Shown in pieces: positions 8,111 through 17,337 of a stretch of 19,902 nucleotides of DNA (within the stretch, counting starts at the first letter, position 1; each line of letters begins with the position of its first letter). The stretch lies in the NCBI GenBank assembly GCA_044345055.1, contig JBIJBT010000051.1:1-19902 (forward strand). The letters run 5' to 3'. The stretch comes from Bdellovibrionota bacterium (GTDB lineage Bacteria > Bdellovibrionota_C > UBA2361 > OMIW01). A model generated the notes under the pieces. That model was not told where the DNA came from and did not search any database. It saw only the letters and a list, made by a program, of their open reading frames with translations. Made by a program: the position numbers and the translations under genes.

Positions 8111-8183
8111 TTACCTAATTTATCCCCCGACTCTAAATTCGAGGGATCGCAACCAATTTGCCCGGTTGCTCATGATTAGGTAA
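8111..8183 (-). promoter_or_regulatory. Candidate three-way-junction RNA upstream of the KAS III pair
   Basis: P1 8111-8119/8175-8183 (9 bp perfect), P2 8149-8154/8164-8169 (6 bp), P3 8122-8130/8139-8147 (9 bp, complete only on the minus strand through one G-U). Confidence 0.35.
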
Positions 8184-8263
8184 GGTACCTGAGGTACTTC
8201 AACACCAATTTTAGCTACCTGATTACAGCCGAAGAATACGTTATCTTTTAAAAACCTGCTGCC

Positions 8264-9121
8264 GTGAAATTATATCCCCGAGCCTCAATTATCGCACCCG
8301 CTGCGATACTAGTAGCTATAATGCTTAGCTGCTCGCGGTGGCAATACGTACGATATCATGAAAAGTTGGCGTTCATCGCGGAGATAGATCGCCACCTTGA
8401 GGAGCCGGTTGTTCCGCTTGTTGAGCTGCTCAAATCCCCCCTCCCGTCTCTTCTCTTTCGCCGAGTCTCGGTAAGTGGCTCCTTTGATTTTTCTCACGAG
8501 ATTATCCTTAGGAACCGCCGCCACGAAGGCATGCCGGGCGTGCACGTTCTAACCCCCCTTTCTATAACGGTTGATGATGTTAATCAACCTCAGCGGGTGC
8601 TCGTTTCGAGAGGTTTCGTGCCACTCTCCCTATCGGGTCGAGAGCAGAGAGCATCTTTCCATACCCCTACCGAGACAACATTTACCGCGATAATCAAGGA
8701 ATCCGCATTCCATCGCATCTTCGCACCAAGCGATCCACCCGCCGGCGCATCCCATCCATGGGTCGATGCTTGGCTTCGGGTCGATATTCCCCGTATCAGT
8801 GCCCAACTACCATACTCGATCCTTCCCTTTTATCTCGAAATTATCCCACCCGATCGGGTAGATTCACTGCCCTTGACGATAGTTCAGAGCCACTCCGAAC
8901 GGGAAGAGATGCTATCAATGGCATCTCGTCGACCCGTAACAGCACCTCCAAATCCAGCCGACTATACTTTTCCTATTCCGTCACCCTCAACGGTCGTACC
9001 GGCCGGCCGTCATCGCCAATATGTATATGAGTGGATTATCCTCGCGGTCCTTACCATTCTTGCTTCGTTTATTTTGATGCTTCGACCTGTTCGACCTAGA
9101 GATGACAATGGCGGCAAGTGA
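8264..9121 (+). CDS. SURF1/Shy1 family protein (heme a / cytochrome oxidase assembly)
   Basis: N-terminal TM followed by WQYVRYHEK, FRRVSVSGSFD, PGVHVLTPL, VLVSRGFVP and C-terminal HRQYVYEW + TM, all matching SURF1 motifs. Confidence 0.88.
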   Translation: MKLYPRASIIAPAAILVAIMLSCSRWQYVRYHEKLAFIAEIDRHLEEPVVPLVELLKSPLPSLLFRRVSVSGSFDFSHEIILRNRRHEGMPGVHVLTPLSITVDDVNQPQRVLVSRGFVPLSLSGREQRASFHTPTETTFTAIIKESAFHRIFAPSDPPAGASHPWVDAWLRVDIPRISAQLPYSILPFYLEIIPPDRVDSLPLTIVQSHSEREEMLSMASRRPVTAPPNPADYTFPIPSPSTVVPAGRHRQYVYEWIILAVLTILASFILMLRPVRPRDDNGGK

Positions 9122-9194
9122 AGTATGAACAAAAAGCGGAGGCCTATTAGTCTACGGTGTAATTTGAATCAACTGCCGCAATCGCCGACACCAC

Positions 9195-10214
9195 ATGAAT
9201 GCAGAACAAGATCAACTCACTCCTGATTCGCTCTCTCCAAAGAGCTCCCAAAGATCGACTCTTATAAAATTTGTTCAGCGTTTCCTCGCTATAATAAGTG
9301 TATGTTTTGTCATTTTTTCGCTGATAAAAGATAGAACAATCCTCGAGCAGGCGAAAAATATTCCAAGAAGGGACGTTGGATTGACACTTGCACTTCTCAC
9401 TATTTATTTCATTCTTCACGCGCAGAGATTCGTTCTTCTTATCGAACAACATTGTCGGTGCAGAATACCGCTTCTCGACTGGATACGGATGCTTCTCGTT
9501 ATGCGATTCATGAACAACGTCGTTCCGCAAACGGGGAGCATTTATCGTGGGATTACTCTCAAAAGGGATTACGGAATCAGCTATACAGATTTTATAGCTG
9601 CAAACATATTTTTTATATGGACTGATACAATTCTGAATTTCTTCATCGCGCTTCTTTTTTTTATTCTTGGAACAAGCCAGCTTGAGATTTTTAGAACTTC
9701 TGCGGTCAATATACTGATACTTGGAATAATTACACTTATTGCAGCCCCTTTCACTGCAAGAGCTCTTATAAAAAGAATCTCCTCTCCCTCCAAATTTCTC
9801 AACAAATTGGGGCAAATTGTTGATGAGCTTTTTCGTGGAATTAAACAGCCTCGCTATATCGCTGTAACAACTTTTATCGCCCTAATCTCATTTCTTCTAA
9901 TGACTGAGATTTTCCAAATATTGCTCGGTGCTATCGGAGCTGAGATCGATCTGGCTACCCTCGGAGTTTTTTACGCTCTATATAGGTTAACTTTTCACAT
10001 CAATATTACACCTGGCAATCTCGGTATTCGTGAGATTGCTTACGGTTTACTCTGTGCCGGAGCGCAGATTGGGATGGCGAAAGGGCTTTTAATATCGGCT
10101 GAGCTGCGAATTCTCTCTGTAATTATGCTCATTATGGTTGCACTAGCTGTTGCGAGTAGGGAGCTGAAAGAGGCGTGGAAGAGGACGAGAAGGGGGAGCG
10201 AGAGGTCGAATTAG
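9195..10214 (+). CDS. Lysylphosphatidylglycerol synthase TM-domain / UPF0104 flippase-like membrane protein
   Basis: Multiple TMs, AQRF..L, FMNNVVPQTG.IYR and ITPGNLGIRE (TPGxxGxxE motif). Confidence 0.82.
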   Translation: MNAEQDQLTPDSLSPKSSQRSTLIKFVQRFLAIISVCFVIFSLIKDRTILEQAKNIPRRDVGLTLALLTIYFILHAQRFVLLIEQHCRCRIPLLDWIRMLLVMRFMNNVVPQTGSIYRGITLKRDYGISYTDFIAANIFFIWTDTILNFFIALLFFILGTSQLEIFRTSAVNILILGIITLIAAPFTARALIKRISSPSKFLNKLGQIVDELFRGIKQPRYIAVTTFIALISFLLMTEIFQILLGAIGAEIDLATLGVFYALYRLTFHINITPGNLGIREIAYGLLCAGAQIGMAKGLLISAELRILSVIMLIMVALAVASRELKEAWKRTRRGSERSN

Positions 10215-10264
10215 GTTATTATTTTAGATTTTTAGCTAAGAGAATATTGCGAAAAGTTTTGTGC

Positions 10265-10295
10265 TTGACATCGGTGGACCCTGATGGTCTAACAT
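10265..10295 (+). promoter_or_regulatory. Putative sigma70 promoter for the 10423 ORF
   Basis: Perfect TTGACA at 10265-10270 with an AT-rich upstream tract; -10 candidates TCTAAC (17 nt spacer) or TAACAT (19 nt spacer) are imperfect. Confidence 0.35.
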
Positions 10296-10422
10296 GGGAA
10301 ATCTGATGTGTCTCAACCGCTAAGAGAGGATGTGTAACTGCCGATTGAGTTTAGAATTTATCCATCGTGTGCTTTTGCAGCACTAGAGATTTAGATTAAC
10401 CCTTTAGGTTATAAAATATCTC

Positions 10423-11292
10423 ATGCTAAACGCTCCGAATAATACAGATAACCTTTCGGATTATAGTTTTTCAATCCCATCAGCTCGCCAATCCACTTCA
10501 ATTAATCCTAATTCATCCTTAGAATTTCCCGATCTCAACAAACCGGAAATCAATATCGTCGAAATAGCGGGATATCCGTCGGTAGGAACTTTGTGCTCGA
10601 TTGGCCAAGTTCATTGCGTATATAATGAAAAAACGGATGAAGAGTACATAAGAATTGGTCGTTATCAATTCGAGATATTAAAATACCTTGAATCGAAGCA
10701 GTTCAAGGAACTTTTTGTGGAGGGAGTCTTCTATACTTGGACTCTGCAAAAAATTGAGGACCAGAACAAAGTGGGTCAGTTTCAGTTCGAGGAGCTTGTA
10801 AAACCGAAGCATCTTAAAGAGCTGCTCGAATCCCCTGATAAAATAATCCAAAACGTTATCAAATTATTCTCTGAACGGCGGCAAAATCCGACAGATGATC
10901 AGCTTCTCTGTCTTGGTAACCTCGGTGCTCACTTCGTATATGCTTGCACCAATCAAGATGTAACAATTCATCAGGCGATTCCTGCCGATAAAGATCATCG
11001 GCTCGTTGAAATCCAAAAGAAGATTTTAAATAATCCAGATCGGAATGGTGAGGAAGACCACAACTTCTTAAGGCTCCGCGGGCGGTTTCGGGAAGGCTAC
11101 GCAATGAAAGAGATTTCGGATTTTCTCGAGGAAAACCCCTCCAAGACCGCCTGTCTTATATTCGGTATTGGACACAACATGGATGAAGCTTGCGGTCGGA
11201 CCTTTGAAGTCCGTCCATCCATGACAGTTGTATCTTTTCCGCGCGCCTATGATCAGTGGCGTAATGCCCCGAAATATGTACGGTCCGACTAA
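10423..11292 (+). CDS. Hypothetical protein with EreA/ChaN/TIKI(TraB)-superfamily-like motifs
   Basis: Ordered motifs SIGQVH, LFVEG, FREGYAM..I, LIFGIGH; no signal peptide; S/N/P-rich N-terminus. ORF itself is solid; family call is by motif pattern. Confidence 0.55.
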   Translation: MLNAPNNTDNLSDYSFSIPSARQSTSINPNSSLEFPDLNKPEINIVEIAGYPSVGTLCSIGQVHCVYNEKTDEEYIRIGRYQFEILKYLESKQFKELFVEGVFYTWTLQKIEDQNKVGQFQFEELVKPKHLKELLESPDKIIQNVIKLFSERRQNPTDDQLLCLGNLGAHFVYACTNQDVTIHQAIPADKDHRLVEIQKKILNNPDRNGEEDHNFLRLRGRFREGYAMKEISDFLEENPSKTACLIFGIGHNMDEACGRTFEVRPSMTVVSFPRAYDQWRNAPKYVRSD

Positions 11293-11316
11293 GAGGCTCT
11301 CACCTTCCCCAGCCTT

Positions 11317-11943
11317 TTAACCGCAATTCTCACACTTAATCACGACATCCTCGCTCTTACCAATAGCTGAAGCACCGACCACTTTAAACTCGCCTATTTC
11401 ATGAGGTGCAACAGAGTCGGGTCCCGTTATCGTCGGCTTCCCTAATGAATCTGAGAGAGTAATACTCGGTTTTGTGGCTGCTACCCCAGATTCATTCCTC
11501 ACAATAACCGTAAAGCTTCCAAGTTCGTTACTCGGCACCACCTCCGAGACGGTCAATTTTGGCATAGAACAGGAGAATCGGTAGCGAGCAGCGGCGTCAC
11601 GAAAACCATCGGTACATACAACTGAGCCGTCGCTATCTGCTCCCGCCTGGCAATCTATTCCTCCGTGCTCGGCACATCCATGTAGCGGCTTTACGCCACC
11701 AGAATTGGATTTTGTTGATTTTTTGAAGTTTTTTTCACGCAGTAATGGTGGTAGATCGGCTTTTTTGAAATTATCCCCCTGCTTCTCTGAGGAGAAGTGC
11801 CTCACCCCTCGAGGATCGGTCCACTCATAAACCTGTGCCTCTGCTACTCCTTTGATAGCAGCTATAAAGATAACCGGTTGAAGCACCAATTTTACGGCTC
11901 GATATATCGACGCTCGAGAATCCCACTTCTTTACTCTATCCAT
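11317..11943 (-). CDS. Exported DUF4124 domain protein with Cys-rich and beta-sandwich-like C-terminal regions
   Basis: AEA-QVYEWTDPRGVRHFSSE is the DUF4124 signature after a signal-like segment. Start moved to ATG 11943 (AGGGAAG RBS; avoids overlap with ppc). Confidence 0.75.
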   Translation of the reverse strand: MDRVKKWDSRASIYRAVKLVLQPVIFIAAIKGVAEAQVYEWTDPRGVRHFSSEKQGDNFKKADLPPLLREKNFKKSTKSNSGGVKPLHGCAEHGGIDCQAGADSDGSVVCTDGFRDAAARYRFSCSMPKLTVSEVVPSNELGSFTVIVRNESGVAATKPSITLSDSLGKPTITGPDSVAPHEIGEFKVVGASAIGKSEDVVIKCENCG

Positions 11944-12015
11944 ATCTTCCCTTTTCGTACGTATGTATCCCCCATAGGGTGCATTTTGTAATTTCATGAA
12001 GATCGATATCAAGGC

Positions 12016-14817
12016 ATGATGAGAGGGCAAAAGGTGACTCGTGTATATTCCTCTTCTCCTCAACCTCCAATGAGCCAACAATTAAAGAATATCATTCGAA
12101 TTCTTGGAACTCACCTCGGTGTCGTCATTCGCGAGCAGTGTAGTGTCGAGCGATATGACCAGGAGGAGGAGATTCGGAAAACAGCACGAGAGGTACGAAC
12201 CCGTTTCTCTCCCGAATCGTATGACCACCTGATCGAGCTTACCTCGAATCTTCCTCTTCAGCGAGCCTACGAAGTGCTAAAAGCGTTCACGGCCTACTTC
12301 CAATTAGTTAATCTCGCAGAACAGAAGGTAACAGAATATCAAACCTACGTATTATTTCACAAAAGCAACAGCTTTGGAGATAACTCTCTCGAAAAGACAA
12401 TCCAGAAAGCGCTTCAGGAAGGGATAAAAAAGGAGGTAATAGAGGAAATTGTTTCCAAGATGGAGATAACTCCCGTTTTTACCGCTCATCCAACCGAAGC
12501 AAAGAGGCGCACTATTCTCTCGCTGCTATCTCGAATTTCAGATCTCGTCACCCGCATGTTGACCGAGGGTTTTCCTCTGGGGGAGCGCCCGGAGATACTC
12601 GCTGATGGTGTCATGGCTGAACTAACAACCTGGTGGCAATCAGAGGATGTTCGAAGCACCCGGCCGTCAGTACTAGATGAGGTAAAACAGGGGCTCTTTT
12701 ATTTCGATAAGATTCTTTTTGATCTTATACCAGAGATATATGGCTCACTCCGAGGAGCGCTTCGACTCACCTCTTCAACCACAAATGATACCAATTATTT
12801 TAATCCTCTTACATTTGGCAGTTGGATCGGTGGAGACCGAGATGGTAATCAGTATGTAACTCCTGAGACTACCCTCGAAGCACTAAGGATGCATAATGAG
12901 CTGATTATCGGGAAATACATCACTGCTCTTCATAAAACCAGCACAGCGCTAAGTCAATCTACCAAAGAGATTGCAATCTCCTCAGATCTCCAAAAAAGTA
13001 TTGATAACGATCGGATCGAGCTTTCCAGCTTTTTTGATCAGCCTCGCTTTGACAATCCGCGCGAGCTATACCGCCATAAACTAGACCTGATGTCAGTGCG
13101 GCTCCGCCTTACTATGAAGGAGAGGCGCCCTGTTGAGGCATATCAATCGACGGAGCAATTTGAGAAAGACCTGACACTTTTAAAAGATAGCTTGGGCGAG
13201 AATTCAGGTGGAAGAATTGCGAAGTATTACCTAGAGCCGATTATAACCCAGCTTCATGTTTTTGGATTTCACCTTGCAACGCTCGACGTTCGCGAACATA
13301 GCTCACGACACCGCACTGCTCTCGAAGAGTTTCTCAAGATTGCAAAGGTAACCTCTTCACTAAGCGCCCTAAATGAGCAGGAAAAAGCCGATATATTGAC
13401 AAAAGAGCTCCTTCAGCCCCGTCCTCTCTTACCGGTCGTTGTTTCATGCTCACCTGATTCTCTCCGCGTTCTCGAGGTCTTTCGATCAATCAAAAAAGCA
13501 CACCTGCTATACGGTACTCGCGCTATTCAACAATACATCATCAGCATGTGCGAGCAGCCTAGCGATGTTCTTGGCGTTCTCGTTTTAGCAAAGGAGGCTG
13601 GTCTTGTTGAGCTGCACGATGAAACCAAAGTAACTGCGACAATAACTGTTGTTCCTCTATTTGAGACTATTGTCGATCTACAGCGCAGCAAAGAAGTGCT
13701 CGCCTCGCTCTCCGCTAATATCGCCTACCAACGCTACCTGAGTGCACGCGCGATGACACAGGAAGTTATGGTCGGCTATAGCGACTCAAACAAAGATGGT
13801 GGGTACCTGAAAGCACACTGGGAGCTTTACAAAGCGCAGGTTTCGATGGTTGCTCAGTCCGAGAAAGATTTAATTAAACTTAGGATATTTCACGGAAGAG
13901 GAGGAACAACAAGCCGTGGCGGCGGTGGTCCATTGCATCAAGCAATACTCGCACAGCCGGAGGGTACGGTTCAGGCTCGATTACGGGTTACTGAACAGGG
14001 AGAGATGATATCGACCAATTACTCTAATCCAACAATAGCTCGCCGACATCTTGAAGAGATGATGAGTGCGGTTATCATCTCCTCGCTCAATGTTTATCCA
14101 GAAAATGCACGACAAGAGTTTCAGGAGGCGATGGAGGAGATCGCTTCAATAGGGTTTTCAGCGTACCGCGCCTTTGTTTCAGACCCTCGATTCATAACAT
14201 TTTATCAACAGTTCACCCCGATATCGGAATTAGCTAGTTTAAATATCGGTTCCCGACCCACAAAGCGGGGAGCAGCTCAGGGGATAGAGGATCTACGGGC
14301 AGTTCCGTGGGTTTTTAGCTGGACACAGAATAGGTGCGTGTTTCCGACTTGGTATGGGGTTGGCACCGCTCTTAATTCCTACATGAGTAAATCATCAGTA
14401 TCCGCCAAACTGTTGAGAGAAATGGTCTCTTCTTGGCGATTTTTCTCGACGATTATCTCTAACTGCGAGATGACTCTCGCAAAGACAGATCCACTCATCA
14501 TGCAGCGGTACGGTGAACTTGTTATTGATCCTGATCTCCGCAAGGACATGCTTGGCCGTCTGCTTCAGGAGCATGCACTTACGATTCAGACGATTGGAGA
14601 AATAACGGGACAAGCTGAACTACTCGACAAGCAGCCTCTCCTAAAAGAGACCCTCTTTATTCGGCGTCATTATCTCGATCCATTAAGCTATCTGCAGGTT
14701 GATCTCCTCAAGAGATATCGGGCTCTTGAGGAGGGTAATCCCGAGAGAGTAGAACTGCTCCGTGCGATTCAGCTAAGCATTAACGGAATTGCGAGTGGTA
14801 TGAAAAATACGGGATAA
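12016..14817 (+). CDS. ppc: Phosphoenolpyruvate carboxylase
   Basis: VFTAHPTEAKRR, SWIGGDRDGN, VPLFET, QEVMVGYSDSNKDGG, FHGRGG..SRGG, LRAVPWVF, C-terminal GMKNTG. True start may be ATG 12070. Confidence 0.98.
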   Translation: MMRGQKVTRVYSSSPQPPMSQQLKNIIRILGTHLGVVIREQCSVERYDQEEEIRKTAREVRTRFSPESYDHLIELTSNLPLQRAYEVLKAFTAYFQLVNLAEQKVTEYQTYVLFHKSNSFGDNSLEKTIQKALQEGIKKEVIEEIVSKMEITPVFTAHPTEAKRRTILSLLSRISDLVTRMLTEGFPLGERPEILADGVMAELTTWWQSEDVRSTRPSVLDEVKQGLFYFDKILFDLIPEIYGSLRGALRLTSSTTNDTNYFNPLTFGSWIGGDRDGNQYVTPETTLEALRMHNELIIGKYITALHKTSTALSQSTKEIAISSDLQKSIDNDRIELSSFFDQPRFDNPRELYRHKLDLMSVRLRLTMKERRPVEAYQSTEQFEKDLTLLKDSLGENSGGRIAKYYLEPIITQLHVFGFHLATLDVREHSSRHRTALEEFLKIAKVTSSLSALNEQEKADILTKELLQPRPLLPVVVSCSPDSLRVLEVFRSIKKAHLLYGTRAIQQYIISMCEQPSDVLGVLVLAKEAGLVELHDETKVTATITVVPLFETIVDLQRSKEVLASLSANIAYQRYLSARAMTQEVMVGYSDSNKDGGYLKAHWELYKAQVSMVAQSEKDLIKLRIFHGRGGTTSRGGGGPLHQAILAQPEGTVQARLRVTEQGEMISTNYSNPTIARRHLEEMMSAVIISSLNVYPENARQEFQEAMEEIASIGFSAYRAFVSDPRFITFYQQFTPISELASLNIGSRPTKRGAAQGIEDLRAVPWVFSWTQNRCVFPTWYGVGTALNSYMSKSSVSAKLLREMVSSWRFFSTIISNCEMTLAKTDPLIMQRYGELVIDPDLRKDMLGRLLQEHALTIQTIGEITGQAELLDKQPLLKETLFIRRHYLDPLSYLQVDLLKRYRALEEGNPERVELLRAIQLSINGIASGMKNTG

Positions 14818-14890
14818 CGCTTTTTAAATTACGCTCACGGGATGGTGACAGGATTGCACCGCTAAAACTCCAACCCTCTCGATTGCTCAA

Positions 14891-15850
14891 CTATTTTATG
14901 AGTCCAATCTCTCGGAGCCTCTGCATCAAAAATGCATGCCCAGTAATATCTGCATATTTTGCTCCTGCTCCACGACACGATGGCAAGCAGCTCAGTAGAG
15001 CCTCGGGATGTGGGTGAATGAAAAATGGCATTGAGTATCTGCTTTCGTTTTTTCCATCCTGAGGGTTGATTACCCGATGAGTTGTTGATGGAAGCACATC
15101 GTTCGTCAAACGAGCCAACATATCACCTACATCGACTATCAGCGTATCTGGCTCAGAATCAATATCGAGCCAATTTCCATCGCGATCTTTTAGCTGCAAT
15201 CCTGAAGCAGTTGCCGCTGGCAAAATAGTGATGAAATTAATGTCCTCATGGGCTGCAGCTCTCACGCATCGTGAGTCTACGCCATCAGGAATTGGTGGAT
15301 AATGCAAAAGACGAAGAATCGAGTTTCCGTCTTTGGTCATTCTGGCAAAGAACTCGGTATCAACCTCAAGGGGGCCTGTGAGCGCTTTAAGCATCACATT
15401 TCCCGCCTCCTCTAGTGAATCATACAACGAGATAAAATGAGTTTTGAATTCAGGAATTTCTCTCGGCCAAATATTGTCGGGATAATTTTCTTTGAGAGAA
15501 TGTCCATCTGGCAATTCTCTTCCAACGTGCCAAAACTCTTTTAGATCCATTACTGGCGAGTCTTTGGCGTGCTCTTTTCCAAAAGGAGTATACCCTCGCT
15601 GAAACCCTCCATTGGTCAAGATATATGATTTTTTTATCTCCTCAGGTAATGCATACAGCTTCTTCAATATTTCATACGCCGTATGCAAATCGGCAGATTT
15701 TACATTGTGATCTTTTAGAATAACGAAACCATACTCTTTTAATCCTACAAAAAGATTATCAACGAACTCATCTCTATCTCGTGAGGAACCGGTTGTGTAA
15801 GCCGCCAAACTTAAGGTGGGAACTTTTCGAAGAGAGCTAGGTGCGGTCAT
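14891..15850 (-). CDS. Isopenicillin N synthase-like 2-oxoglutarate/Fe(II) oxygenase (DIOX_N + 2OG-FeII_Oxy)
   Basis: RGYTPFG, DLKEFWH, LRLLHYPP, H-E-D and HRV iron ligands, RYS 2OG-binding motif; AGGAGG RBS. Confidence 0.92.
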   Translation of the reverse strand: MTAPSSLRKVPTLSLAAYTTGSSRDRDEFVDNLFVGLKEYGFVILKDHNVKSADLHTAYEILKKLYALPEEIKKSYILTNGGFQRGYTPFGKEHAKDSPVMDLKEFWHVGRELPDGHSLKENYPDNIWPREIPEFKTHFISLYDSLEEAGNVMLKALTGPLEVDTEFFARMTKDGNSILRLLHYPPIPDGVDSRCVRAAAHEDINFITILPAATASGLQLKDRDGNWLDIDSEPDTLIVDVGDMLARLTNDVLPSTTHRVINPQDGKNESRYSMPFFIHPHPEALLSCLPSCRGAGAKYADITGHAFLMQRLREIGLIK

Positions 15851-15984
15851 GTTTCCTCCTGTAACGTTAATTTCAGTTTGGTCTGCCCGATGCCTCTAAG
15901 AGGCTGCGAAATAAGTGGCTAAAATATGCGTTCTCGATTTTTTTAACAAGATGTGGCACTTCCTCGTCAACTGCCGCTATACCA

Positions 15985-17337
15985 TCAATCTCCAAGCCCA
16001 TATTCTTTGATTTTATAAAGAAGTGCTCTGTGGCTGATTTCGAGCAGTTTGGCTGCTTGGGTGCGATTGCCGTTTGTTCTTTCGAGTGCTCGATTAATTA
16101 AAGTGATCTCAATTTCTTGTGTCACTTTTTTAATCGATATCTCGTCATCGTCTATTGCAGTCGTCGTAATCTCTACATCGGCTGAGAGCCCTCTTAAGGC
16201 TGATGGCAACGATGAAACATCGATAACATCACCCTCGGAAAGAATGAGACTTCTCTCTATACAATTTTCAAGCTCTCTAACATTTCCTCTCCACGGATAT
16301 TGCATTAAACGATTCATCGCTTCTTGCGATATTTTCTTGTTCCCTAATCGATGGCGCTTGCGATGCTTTTTGAGAAAAAATTGAGCAAGCTCAACAATAT
16401 CTTCAGGTCGTTGTCGAAGTGGAGGAAGATGAATCGTTACAACGTGAATACGATAGAAGAGATCCTCTCTAAATCTACCCTCAGCGACTTCTCGCTCAAG
16501 ATCCTTCAAAGTTGCCGCTATAACGCGAGCATTCACAACAACCTCTCCCTCACCGCCAACTGGACGAACACGCTGCTCTTGAAGAACACGGAGAAGTTTT
16601 GCCTGAACAGGAAGGGATAATTCGGCTATTTCGTCGAGAAATAGAGTCCCTCCAGATGCCTCCTCAAAGAGGCCCGGTTTATCTCGAATCGCATCGGTAA
16701 ATGCGCCCCGCTTGTGACCGAAAAGCTCCGACTCGATGAGACTTTCCGCAATAGCACCACAGTTAACCGCAACAAATGGGCCTTCATTGCGATTAGAGGC
16801 TTCATGAATCAAACGAGCAACGACCTCCTTGCCCGTTCCCGATTCCCCTAAAAGGGTTACCGTCGTAGAGAAAGGAGCAAATCGATGAACAAGCGAGATT
16901 ACCTGCTTCATCGCAGGACTAGCTGCGACAAATTGGAGATGTTTCCCTTTACGGATCGTTCGTTCTTGCTGAGCTCCCTGCTTTTGCTGCTGATGCGACA
17001 ATATCCGCGACCGGAGTAATGTGAGATCGATTGAACGTAACGGAGGCGCGAGGATAGTAAAAACGTTTATTCCCTCAGTAAGAATAGAAATATCTTCTTG
17101 ACCTGATGCAACAATCACAACACACCCGCGCAAACTAAGGTGCGCAACAAAAGGACCAATAACTGGAATTGTCTTTGCATCAATGAGGAGCGCATCCCAC
17201 GATTGGCTCTCGCCAGCTGCAACTAACTGTCTAATTCCGTCAATCGAAATATGATGAAGCTCTAGCTCAGCCGGAGGAAGCTCAACCGCTTGAGAAAGTG
17301 TGGGAAGCTCGAGAGAAGAAGAGAGAAGAAATTTCAT
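15985..17337 (-). CDS. Sigma54-dependent enhancer-binding activator (NtrC/PilR-like, Fis HTH) with a degenerate receiver-like N-terminus
   Basis: GESGTGKE, ESELFGHKRGAFTDA, LFLDEI, FREDLFYRI, WRGNVRELEN and HTH NRTQAAKLLEISHRALLYK. Confidence 0.93.
   Translation of the reverse strand: MKFLLSSSLELPTLSQAVELPPAELELHHISIDGIRQLVAAGESQSWDALLIDAKTIPVIGPFVAHLSLRGCVVIVASGQEDISILTEGINVFTILAPPLRSIDLTLLRSRILSHQQQKQGAQQERTIRKGKHLQFVAASPAMKQVISLVHRFAPFSTTVTLLGESGTGKEVVARLIHEASNRNEGPFVAVNCGAIAESLIESELFGHKRGAFTDAIRDKPGLFEEASGGTLFLDEIAELSLPVQAKLLRVLQEQRVRPVGGEGEVVVNARVIAATLKDLEREVAEGRFREDLFYRIHVVTIHLPPLRQRPEDIVELAQFFLKKHRKRHRLGNKKISQEAMNRLMQYPWRGNVRELENCIERSLILSEGDVIDVSSLPSALRGLSADVEITTTAIDDDEISIKKVTQEIEITLINRALERTNGNRTQAAKLLEISHRALLYKIKEYGLGD

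Noticed and set aside
9147..9815. 222-aa minus-strand ORF and the other antisense or nested ORFs in the track
   Set aside because: Shadows of well-supported genes; the K/C/N-rich composition is what the reverse of a hydrophobic membrane-protein gene gives.
10270..10422. Cloverleaf-like set of short stems (ATCGGTGG/CTGCCGAT, GACC/GGTC, ACAT/ATGT, TCTC/GAGA) and hairpins before ATG 10423
   Set aside because: Inner stems are only 4-5 bp, there are no tRNA D/T-loop motifs, and the 5' arm overlaps the putative promoter; cannot be distinguished from chance.
13888..13932. Extra Gly in the PEPC loop (FHGRGGTTSRGGGGP)
   Set aside because: Catalytic residues are intact; minor variation in a flexible Gly-rich loop.
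14891..15850. Beta-lactam biosynthesis implied by the IPNS-like gene
   Set aside because: No ACV synthetase or other cluster genes; this oxygenase family is widespread with unrelated substrates.
15954..15968. TGGCAC next to the sigma54 activator gene as a -24 element
   Set aside because: No TTGC at the -12 position and it points antisense into the gene; other TGGC...GC candidates near 310 and 15916 have the wrong spacing.
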